Positions 23,573 through 33,824 of a DNA stretch of 64,000 nucleotides are shown here, in pieces. The notes under the pieces were generated by a model. It was not told the origin of the DNA and did no database searches. It saw only the letters and a program-made list of their open reading frames with translations. The stretch covers positions 91,142,001-91,206,000 of the forward strand of contig NW_024704743.1 in the NCBI RefSeq assembly GCF_018977255.1, written 5' to 3'. This DNA is from Callorhinchus milii (lineage: Eukaryota). The position numbers and the translations under genes are program-made. How positions within the stretch are numbered: position 1 is the first letter of the stretch; each line of letters opens with the position of its first letter.

Positions 23573-25757
23573 GTCCTCTGAACTCCTCTCCCTCTGGCCT
23601 TCATCCCTCACTGACCCCTCTTCTGCTCTCACCCTCCTCCACAACACCCTCTCTTCCACACTCGACACTCTTACCCCCATCACTGTCTCTTACTCTCGCT
23701 CCTCCCTCTGGTTCACCACCCACCTCCGCTCACTGAAGAGCCAGGTGCGGGCCACTGAACGCACCTGTGTCAAATCTGGCCTAACGGTCCACCGACAAAT
23801 CTGGCTGGACCTCCTCAAAATCTACCGCTCCACTCTAGCCTCGACCAAGGCTTCTGTTCTCTACCACATCCCAACTCCTCCGAAATCCCCGCCACCCCGT
23901 GCAGGTCATCTCCTCCAACCTTCACTGTGAAGAGATGCTGGATTTCCTTGAATCCAAAATCAAGGGAATCCGCTCCGCGGTCACTCCCCCTCCAACTTCC
24001 CCCCACCCCTTCCCTCCCAGACTCCGACTCCTACCCATCCTCCCCTACACACCTTCGAACCTATTTCCCCACCCTCTGTCACCAAACTCATCCTGTCCCT
24101 GAAACCCACCACCTGCTCCCTTGACCCCATCCCCACTCCACATCTCCCCAGCTCCACCTCCTTGCCCCATATCACAGACATCATCAACCTGTCCCTCTCC
24201 TCTGGCTCTGTTCCCATTCCCCTAAAAACTGCCACCATCACTCCCACTTTGAAAAAACCCTCCCTTGATGCGTCGCAGCTATCAAGCTACCGGCCCATCT
24301 CCAACCTCCCCTTCCTGTCCAAGGTCCTTGAAAGAGTTGTCGCCTCCCAGCTGCGCTCTTTCCTCTCCACCCATTCATTATTCGAACCCCTTCAGTCGGG
24401 TTTCCGTGCTGCCCATAGCACAGAAACCGCCCTGGTCAAGGTCACTAATGACATCCTGACCATCTGCGACCAGGGCTCCCTCTGCCTCCTCGTCCTCCTC
24501 GACCTATCGGCTGCATTCATTACGGTCGACCACGCTATCCTCCACCGCTTGTCCTCCCACCTCAACCTTCAAGGCTCTGTCCTTGAGTGGTTTAGGTCCT
24601 TCCTCTCCCACCGTCTTCATTTTGTTTCCACAAACAGCTTTTCCTCCAGCCCCCGCACTGTCTCATGCGGTGTCCCTCAGGGCTCTGTCCTCGGTCCCCT
24701 CCTCTTCACCCTCTATATGCTCCCCCTTGGTGACATCATCCGCAGACATGGGGTTAACTTCCACATGTATGCGGATGACACCCAACTCTACCTTTCCTCC
24801 TCTACCCTCAACTCCACGACCACCGATGTCCTGACAGCTGCCTGTCCGACATCGAGTCCTGGACGAGAGACAACTTTCTTCAGCTCAACGTGCGCAAAAC
24901 TGAGGCCCTCCTGATTGGCTCACGTCAGCGCCTCCGCACCTCAGGCGCTGACAGCATCAGCATCCAAGGCTGCACTCTCCACCTCTCAAAGCCGGTCAGG
25001 AACCTCGGTGTTCTGTTCGACCCTGAGCTGTCCTTTCTCCCTCATATCCACACCACAACTGGCACCGCCTTCCATCACCTCTGGAACATTGCCAGACTAC
25101 GGCACTACCTCACCCCTCACGCTGCTGAAACACTGATCCACACCTTTATTACCTCAAGGCTGGACTATGGGAACTCTCTCCTCGCCGGCCTTCCCGGCAC
25201 CTCCCTCCACAAGCTGCAGGTCATTCAGAACTCTGCAGCTCGTGTACTGTCCCGCACCAGGCTTCGGGAACACATCACTCCCACCCTCACTCGCCTCCAC
25301 TGGCTCCCCATCCCCCAGAGGATCGAATTCAAGATCCTCATCCTCACCTACAAGACCATTCACGACCTTGCACCCTCCTACCTCTCCGATCTACTATCCC
25401 CCTACTTATCTGCCCGTACTCTCCGTTCCTCTGGCTCCGGTCTGCTCCACATCCCCCGCCCCAACCGCCCTACCATCGGTGGCCGGGCCTTCAGCCTCTC
25501 AGACCCTAGGCTCTGGAACTCCAGCCCCCATGCCTTCGCCGCTTCCTCCCTTTCCTCCTTCAAGTCCGGTCTCTTCGACCGTGCCTTCAGCTCCCCTCTC
25601 GACTCTCTACCCCCTCCTCCCTCCCTCCCTTCCCTCCCCTCACCCCGATCATTTCCCCCCTGCTCGGGTCCCGACCCAAATATCCAGCGCCTTGGGACGT
25701 CCTCCCGACGTGAAAGGCGCTCTATAAATGAAATCTTGTAGTTGTTGTTGTTGTTGT
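23573..25757 (+). mobile_element. L2-clade LINE, 5'-truncated ORF2 and 3' tail, frameshifted; lies in intron 1 of the Myb/SANT gene
   Basis: [54 protein letters not shown]; tail AGCGCCTTGGGACGTCCTCCCGACGTGAAAGGCGCT...(GTT)n; ORF broken into four pieces. Confidence 0.95.
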
Positions 25758-26095
25758 ATTATTATAGGTTATTTTTAATATTGGCTATTTGTGAGATATT
25801 ATTGTGTGCACATTGGCTGTTATGTTCATCTACAAAATACATAACCACGAAAGTTTACAGTAAATAGTGAAGCGCTTTGAGATGTTTTGCTAATGTGAAA
25901 GGTGCTACATGAAATGCTATATAAATATATCATATTATATTATATCAACACATGCCAACAGAGTAGATATTTTGGAGACAACATTAACTATAAAAAAGTT
26001 GAAATTACTTATGCAGCATCGAAGACGCGAAAAAAANCAAGGCTGCATTATTTCATGATTAAAACCTGCTGCTTTTCATATACTTTATGTATTAG

Positions 26096-26258
26096 GCAAA
26101 GATTGCATATAATGCTGCTGAAAGAAGAACAATTGCAGGGGAGCCAGCTTCCATAAAGAAACTTACTCCACATGAGGACAGAATGGTGGAGATCTTTGGC
26201 AGAGAGGCCATAATGGGAGTATGCGACATCACTCATGGAGGAGAGCTGGATAAGCCAG
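26096..26258 (+). CDS. Myb/SANT-like gene exon 2
   Basis: TAG acceptor, phase 0; AKIAYNAAERRTIAGEPASIKKLTPHEDRMVEIFGREAIMGV resembles the K.A.N..ER..TGGG......LT..E.....I.G segment that follows the SANT domain in Harbinger Myb proteins; donor CAG|GTGAAA. Confidence 0.75.
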
Positions 26259-26366
26259 GTGAAAGGAAAAGAATAAGCATTCATTTTGATGAGATGAAAG
26301 ATATGCCTTTCACATTATTATTATTCATAATGAACTTTTTCCTGATATACCATCTTATTCCTACAG

Positions 26367-27238
26367 AAAACAGACAAAATTATGACAAAAGAGATCTTAG
26401 AAGTGATCTGGCTTCTTATCGATGGTCCCCTTCCTTGGCCTCACCCAGGTCAACCAGATTTGCACCACATACTCCAAAAACACACAATATCAACTCCGAT
26501 AGAAGCACTGTACTTGCTGCAGGCAAAGTGGCTGTGACACATAGTAGAGGAAAACATATGAATGAGTTGAAAGATATTGAGGAGAACGATAATGAGTGGG
26601 AAGATTTACTGAAAGAGGAGAATGTGGGGACTACTAAGCTTTCCCTACCAACACTAAGTCCTAGGTATGACTCATACCTCAAAGCTGGTCGTAGCTCACA
26701 TGAAGAAAGTGAAATGGAATCCGATATCTGTTTGAAGTTGCTGGCCATGTGTGGCAATATCGAACTAGCTCTGCGGAATTTGCAAACCACCATGCAGCAG
26801 GAGCGTGCTGATACAAGGAAGGATGCCCAGCAGCTTTGTGATTCTATCAACAGTTTGCATGAAGATCTAGTTGCAAGGATCAATAGGATGGCTAACGAGA
26901 TGCGATCTTGTCCTCCTCTTTATGAGCAGAGGGTATTCTCTAAAACCTCGACTGGGTCAGCAACACTAGGCATTGATATAGTGGATGACATTAAATCTAC
27001 CATTACAACTAGTATCACTGCTGCTATTTCAGATGGGTTTGCGTCTTTAGACAGGTCTTTTCATGTGGGTTTCTGTTTGCTAGCTAACAAGTCTGTGCAC
27101 ATGCTTGCTGATGAGTCGCGAATCCCTTGCACAAGTGTGTCTGTATCAACTCAAACAGTCCAAGATACCACCCCAGACACTCCCTCCACTTTGTTGCCAC
27201 CTTCTCAAATACCTACACTGGACCCACCCCAACTCTAG
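26367..27238 (+). CDS. Myb/SANT-like gene exon 3 (low complexity and coiled coil)
   Basis: TTCCTACAG acceptor, phase 1; 290 open codons (part of ORF 26183..27238) with a heptad-rich segment LALRNLQTTMQQERADTRKDAQQLCDSINSLHEDLVARINRM. Confidence 0.6.
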
Positions 27239-27700
27239 TTATCACCCCATCTACAAATATCTCCCCAAGGTGCTGGAACAAGCACCTCATGCCTCCCAGC
27301 TCAGTTCCTTCCTCTCCCACCATTCCCTGTATGAATCGCTCCAATCTAGTTTCTGTCCCACCCACAGTACTGAGACAGCTTTAATGAACCACAAACAACG
27401 TTTTCTTGCCTGTAACCAGGGCCCCCTGTATCTTCTTTATCTTTGCCACCTTTGACACTGTTGACATCCTTCTCTAGCTTCTCCTTCCTCTTCCACCTGT
27501 TTGTCATACAAGTATCTCCACTTTGTCTCATTCAATGGCTTCCTGCCATTTCCTGGATATTGCAGTATTCCTCAGGGCTGTACCCTCAGTCCTCTCTTTT
27601 TCATCATCTTAGTGACACTATGTCCCAGCATGGGGTTGACTTCCATATGCAGGTAGATGGTACCTTGCTGTGTCTACCTTCCACTCCAGGACCTGTCAGA
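27215..27700 (+). mobile_element. Old L2 fragment directly abutting the end of the Myb/SANT ORF
   Basis: Degenerate LDP.QLSSYHPI...KVLEQ...ASQLSSFLSHHSLYESLQSSF.PTHSTETAL and HGVDFHMQVDGT. Confidence 0.8.
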
Positions 27701-29526
27701 CATTCAGTCCTCATTTTTTAAATGTTGATAAATTGAATTCTCTTAGTGAGAAACCTCCCAGCTGATGGTTCAGGATAGACCAGTCCATGGGATCAAGTGA
27801 ACAATCTGCCCTGTTGGATGCAGTTAGTGCAGAAAATAAAAGTGTTGTATCCTTATAAACAAGCCTCCCTGCATTACATTTTCTGTGCTCAATTGGGGCT
27901 CAATCCCAGTGCTATGGTTAATGTTTCAGTCAATTCACTTTACAGTGTGTTCTGTGAAGCGCTTTGGCACGTCCTTCCGACGTGAAAAGCGCTATATCAA
28001 ATGCAAGGATTATTATTATTGTTATTATTATTTCTTTGGAGGATTCTTTGAAAGTCACTGCACTTACAGTGCACTTTCAACCATTCTTCAAAATAGTCAC
28101 CTGTAATTAAAATTAGATTTAATTATAATCACTTGGTGATATACCAGAGGGTACCTGGTTGTTGTCTGTGCAACCATATGCCAGGAAGAATCAACACCTT
28201 CAGGAGAAACTGAGAACATTGGAAAGGGTTTTATTTCTTAAAAACAAAGAACCGTTCTCGATGGCCCATTATGCCTTGGGAATGTTTGCCATATCCTTCA
28301 GCCTCGAATTTAATTCAGCTGTTAACCCTGCATGGCTCATGGCACTAAAAAAACGCAGTTTCAATGAGCACGTATTTTTGGAACACCTGAGCTTGTGAAA
28401 CACCCAATCTAAATTGTTAGCAATAAAAGCATGAACTTACCAAACATGATCTGTGACGGTGAAGCAATATAACAGTGATTGAGCCCAAATTTAAGAAATA
28501 GCTCTTTCAGCTGTACTAATCCAGAATTTTGCATAGCCTGCAGAATAATTTTATTCTCAATGCAAGGATTTGTGCTTGTGTTTTATAACTGAGAATATTT
28601 CTGACTTGTGTTTTACAACAATTTAGAAAACATGTGTGTGACGCAATAGAAGATTAGAAATAATTTATAAAAGTGAATCTCCCCATATATTTCCAGTCTG
28701 TGAAACATTTCTAGAAAGTAGAATTTCATTGGTTACTTACTATCAATCTCGAGGTTAAAATTTATTCCAGTGTCTAAAATGGTTCATGGATGAACTTATA
28801 TTGTCTGGGTTTTATTGTTGCTTGAATTGTTGCTGAAATAAAAATAAAGATATTCTCCAACATTCTAACCTGTTTGATTACAAATCAAGCAGTGCGATGC
28901 AACCTCTTCAGTATGTTTTGATATCAAGACATTAAAGATATCCACATCACTTGTCTTACTGATCCGTGAGAGTGCAAGGTTGACCTTACAGTATAGGACA
29001 TATATCAAGTTGCCAAGTCCAAAACTGGATAAGGAGTGGGTTCATGTCATCATGTCTGAGATTTGCTATCCCAATTGATCAAAACTCAGTGGGAACTTTC
29101 ATAACTTAGAACGATTGAACCTACATACCTCAGTTTAATGTCTTACCCGAAGGACGGCACCTTCAACGAACGATGCCGCACACCCCCAGAACTGCATTGA
29201 AGTTTGAGATTAGATGATATGAGTCCAAAGATATAACATGGGGCTTAACCCGCAACCTTCTGCTATCAATTGGATCAGGTTGACACACAAAATGGTATTG
29301 AGGTGGATACTGACACCTGGAAACCTGACACCATTTCAGTGAAGGCAATAAATGATGTGCGGTGTGAGCAGAGGCGATATGTGGACAGCCAATAATTGTT
29401 TACTCACAGACACAGTCGGTCAATCACTCTCAGTCACCTTGACGGTTTCAGTCAGTCAGAGTTAGTCACAGTCAGACTAAATACTAAAAACAAAACTAAA
29501 TACCACCAGCCAAAAGTACCCCAATG

Positions 29527-29890
29527 TGGAGTCAGTCCTGCAGCTCAGTGGTTGGAGCGCCCGCCTCGCAAGCGAGAGACGTGGGTTTGATTCCTGGGCA
29601 TGGTGAAACAACCGCTGGGCAAGTTTCCTTACTCCACACGTCCCTATCACCGAGCAGTGAGTAGGAACGCGGTCGTTAGTCGACTGGCGGATCCCTTTTC
29701 CGGCGGTAACACTTTATTAAAAACATAATCGGGTCATTCAATCCGCGACTATCTGTGGGACACCGCTGGGTGCAATTGGCTGCTGTGTGTTTTGCCGACA
29801 AAGTCCTTCACTTTACAGTAATATTCTGTGAAGCGCTTTGAGACGTCCCGAACACATGATGAGGCGCGATGGCAAACACGAGGGTTATCA
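29527..29890 (+). mobile_element. Deu SINE, long subfamily, GC-rich copy upstream of the RBIS promoter
   Basis: tRNA head, extra CAGT.AGTAGGAAC..GGT.GTTAGTCGA.TGGCGGATC segment, Deu core and tail. Confidence 0.85.
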
Positions 29891-30049
29891 TTGTGCGTCC
29901 CCAGCTCGGGGGGGTGGCACAGCGGCCGGTTGGGGTTCGTGCCTTTGAAACCGTGTAAGAAACGGTCCTCAAGGGAGACAACTCGGTTACTGATGTAAAT
30001 TAAATCTGTACAAATTAGACACCTGAAGCTTTGGCTTTCACCACGGAAA

Positions 30050-30186
30050 CCAGCCCCGCCCCTGTCGCCATGGCGACCAGCCCGCACACAGGCGCCGCGG
30101 GGCTCCTCTCGGGTCCTCCCGGCCCCGCGCACAGCATTGACGTCACAGAGACCCGCGTGCGCCGCTCCTCTTCAACCAATAACCAG
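30050..30186 (+). promoter_or_regulatory. RBIS: CpG-island promoter and probable non-coding first exon of RBIS
   Basis: GC box CCCCGCCCC 30054-30062, palindromic RFX-like box GTCGCCATGGCGAC 30064-30077, perfect CRE TGACGTCA 30138-30145, then CAG|GTCAGT at 30186; the first coding exon has an acceptor 16 nt before its ATG, so an upstream exon is expected. Confidence 0.65.
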
Positions 30187-31335
30187 GTCAGTGATACCAC
30201 CGGTAACCAGGTCACTAACCAGGTCACTGAGCCCACCAGTAACCAGGTCAGTGAGCCACCAGTAACCAGGTCAGTGATACCACCAGTAACCAGGTCAGTG
30301 ATACCACCAGCAACCAGGTCACTGATCCCCACCAGCAACCAGGTCACTGAGCCCACCAGTAACCAGGTCAGTGAGCCCACCAGTAACCAGGTCACTGAGC
30401 CCACCAGCAACCAGGTCACTGAGCCCACCAGTAACCAGGTCACTGAGCCCACCAGTAACCAGGTCACTGAGCCCACCAGCAACCAGGTCACTGAGCCCAC
30501 CAGCAACCAGGTCACTGAGCCCACCAGCAACCAGGTCACTGAGCCCACCAGCAACCAGGTCACTGAGCCCACCAGCAACCAGGTCAGTGAGCCCACCAGT
30601 AACCAGGTCACTGATCCCCACCAGTAACCAGGTCACTGATCCCCACCAGTAACCAGGTCACTGATCCCCACCAGTAACCAGGTCACTGATCCCCACCAGT
30701 AACCAGGTCACTGACCGCACCAGTAACCAGGTCAGTGATACCACCAGTAACCAGGTCACTGACCCCACCGGTAACCAGGTCACTGATCCCACCGGTAACC
30801 AGGTCACTGATCCCACCGGTAACCAGGTCACTGATCCCACCGGTAACCAGGTCACTGATCCCACCGGTAACCAGGTCACTGATCCCACCAGTAACCAGGT
30901 CACTGATCCCACCAGTAACCAGGTCACTGATCCCACCAGTAACCAGGTCAGTGATCCCACCAGTAACCAGGTCACTGACCCCACCAGTAACCAGGTCACT
31001 GATCCCATCAGTGACCAGGTGAGTGATCCCACCAGTGACCAGGTGAGTGATCCCACCAGTAACCAGGTCAGTCATCCCACCGGTGACCGTCAGTTATTCC
31101 ATCAGTAACCATGTCAGTGATCCCACCAGTAACCAGGTCAGTGATCCCACGATAACCAGGTCAGTGATCCCACGATAACCAGGTCAGTGATCCCACGATA
31201 ACCAGGTCAGTGATCCCACCAGTAACCAGGTCAGTCAGTAATCCCACCGGTAACAAAATCAGTGATCCCACAGGTAACCAGGTCAGTAATCCCACCGGTA
31301 ACCAGGTCAGTTATCCCATCAGTAACGAGGTCAAT
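30178..31335. repeat. 24-bp minisatellite, about 48 copies, consensus CCCACCAGTAACCAGGTCACTGA(G/T)
   Basis: Directly visible tandem array with blocks of variant units; a degenerate orphan unit reappears near 31885-31925 beyond an L2 insertion. Confidence 0.97.
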
Positions 31336-31838
31336 GTGAGCAGGGGGGAAATGGTCAGGGTGAGGGGAGGGAAGGGAGGGAGCGAGGAGGGGGGAAATGG
31401 TCAGGGTGAGGGGAGGGAAGGGAGGGAGTGAGGAGGGGGTAGAGAGTCGAGAGGGGAGCTGAAGGCTCGGTCAAAGAGAAAGGTCTTGAGACCGGCCTTG
31501 AAGGAGGAAAGGGAGGAAGCGGCGAAGGCACTGGGGGATGGAGTTCCAGAGCCTCGGGGCTGAGAGGCTGAAGGCCCGACCACCGATGGTAGGACGGTTG
31601 GGGCGGGGATGTGGAGCAGACCAGAGCCAGAGGAACGGAGGGTACGGGCAGGTAGGTAGGGGGATAGTAGGTTGGAGAGGTAGGAGGGAGCAAGGCCGTG
31701 AATGGCCTTGTAGGTGAGGATGAGGATCTTGAATTCGATCCTCTGGGGGATGGGGAGCCAGTGGAGGCGAGCGAGGGTGGGAGTGATGTGGTCCCGAAGC
31801 CTGGTGCGGGACAGTACACGAGCTGCAGAGTTCTGAAT
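31336..31838 (-). mobile_element. L2 LINE 3' fragment at the end of the minisatellite
   Basis: QNSAARVLSRTRLRDHITPTLARLHWLPIPQRIEFK...LKTFLFDRAF. Confidence 0.9.
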
Positions 31839-32418
31839 ATAGTGAATTCTGCAGAGTAATATAGTGAATGCGTAGTGATGATATCTGTCAGTGATCAGGC
31901 TGGTAACCAGGTCAACCAGGCCAGTAATACATAATCAGGGCATAAAGGTTGCGTGAATTGATTGTGAGAATGACATTTACAAGTAATATAAACTAGGTTT
32001 TGTAAAATTCTGTCTATTTGGGATCAGTAAATCGGCTGTTCATGATATAACTGGAAGTGACTTGGTGGCAATTTGGTGGTTCATGACCATGTATGGATGT
32101 GATTTGGTGGCAATCTCTTGTCAAAATGAAAATCTAATTTGTCTTCTCAAGCCTCATAACTTGGCTCCAGCCATAAATAGGCTGATGGATGTAATGACTC
32201 ACTATTAAAGCCTGTGTTTGAAATTCCAATGCACCCCTTCTTAGATGATTCAGACTGCACAGTAGTCAATTGAGGAATTCTATAAACAAACATTTTCTTA
32301 AGTAAGATTAAAAACAGATCTATGGAGATAATCTGCAGACAAATGGTGCCATTAATATTGCTATTATAATAATGCTTGCATTTGATAGTTAATATTACCT
32401 ATAAGAATATTGTTATTG

Positions 32419-32776
32419 TGGAATCCTGTAGTGTATTGGTTAGAGCGCTCACCTCGCAAGCCGGGTTTAATTCCCAAGCAGAGCGAAACATTAGGCAAGT
32501 TTCCTGACTCCACACGCCTCTGTTTACCTAGCAGTAAGTAGGAACCCAGTTGTTAGTCGATTGCTAGATCGCTTTTCCGGGGATAATAATCCCTTCAAAA
32601 AAATGTTTTAAAAATAATAAATTGCTCATTCAATCCACGATTGTTTATGGGATACTGCAGTGCACAATTGTCTGCTGCGTTTCACGCACAAAATATACGT
32701 ATATTCTGTAAATCGCTTTTAGACTCTCACAGACATGATAAGATGCTAAATCAAATGCAAGGATTATTATTATTAT
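32419..32776 (+). mobile_element. Deu SINE, long subfamily
   Basis: Head, TGTTTACCTAGCAGTAAGTAGGAACCC segment, Deu core and tail. Confidence 0.9.
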
Positions 32777-32953
32777 AAGAAGACATAACCCAAGATTCCC
32801 AGCAGTGCATTGTGTCTGATATTTTAAGATGCAGGATTCTTAAGGTCACTCCCAGATGAAGCTGGAAAATAGACAGCAGTTGTAAGTCATGGAAACCTGT
32901 GGTTTGACAATTTTTGTTTCATTTGCCTATTTTCTAGTACATTGCGGGAAAGA

Positions 32954-33070
32954 ATGGCAAGGAACAAATCAAAGGCACAAAAGCAGAATGATGTGTTCAA
33001 AGTGGCCAACAACAAAGCCATCTCGAAGGCCAAAGGCAAAGCCAAACCTGTAACCACCAATCTCAAGAAG
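32954..33070 (+). CDS. RBIS: RBIS first coding exon
   Basis: Acceptor TTTCTAG at 32937, ATG 32954, ends KAKPVTTNLKK|GTTAGT (phase 0). Confidence 0.95.
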
Positions 33071-33824
33071 GTTAGTAAATACTTTCTCATATTCTCAAAG
33101 AAACAACAAGACATTTCTGTAACTTTGCTCTCTCTCTCTCTCTCTCTCTCTGGCCCCTTTTTTATTGCCAGTCGTCAGAAGTCACAACTGTCTGTTTCCA
33201 AAACTTTACAAATTAGATGGCTTCTTTTGATGTTAACAAAAGAATGGAATGCCTTGCCTCACAGTTGGTAATTGCGTCCATGAAACATAATATTTAAAAG
33301 AAAATTAGATTCCTTGAATATTCAGTGAGCTGTTGCTTCTGAAAAGAGCTGTTCTGTGCTCGGCTCCGGCAAGAGAAATGAAGTGCAGTGAAATTGCTGG
33401 TACCACCTGATGCAAGAACTTCCTTGGCCCCCTGTACTGAATTAATTATTTTGAGGACAAGAGAGATTGAAAGGAGAGAAGGGGAAAGAATCAAAATTTA
33501 GGATTTTCAGCATACTTTCAATTGGACAAAGCACGATAATGACTAATCAAGCAAGTGGGGAAAGAAGTCATTTGAATCCATTTTCCTCCCACATGGGCCT
33601 TTTTTAGTCAGATAGATTGACAATTACATATTCAGCATTTGCCTGATGCAGGGCTCCACTTGCAGGACTGGACATAGTGTTTCGAGGTGGCAATGTCAGA
33701 TACCAGATTAATAGGGATCAAAGATTAATTGTGTTAATTTAGGTCTTTTTGTTGACCAAAATGACAGGATCTAAACCTGCCAAGATCATTATAATATATA
33801 ATATTAATATTATAATGTACTGTA

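Larger units (their letters stand above)
23180..27238 (+). other. Gene span: putative Harbinger-derived Myb/SANT-like DNA-binding protein (NAIF1/MSANTD-type), CDS join(23180..23389,26096..26258,26367..27238), about 414 aa
   Basis: Three open exons joined by GT-AG introns in compatible phases (0 and 1), with no stop or frameshift. Confidence 0.7.

Noticed and set aside
24162..25741. Long reverse transcriptase ORFs as functional genes (also 50761-51905 and 21693-22511)
   Set aside because: 5'-truncated, frameshifted L2/CR1 copies lacking the endonuclease domain
26416..26883. 155-aa minus-strand ORF
   Set aside because: Shadow of the plus-strand Myb/SANT exon 3
28159..28398. 79-aa ORF as a fourth exon of the Myb/SANT gene
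   Set aside because: No convincing upstream donor or polypyrimidine acceptor, and no recognisable homology
30178..31335. CRISPR-like array or standalone mucin gene
   Set aside because: Units are contiguous with no unique spacers and the context is eukaryotic; ORFs are open in several frames on both strands simply because the 24-bp unit lacks stops
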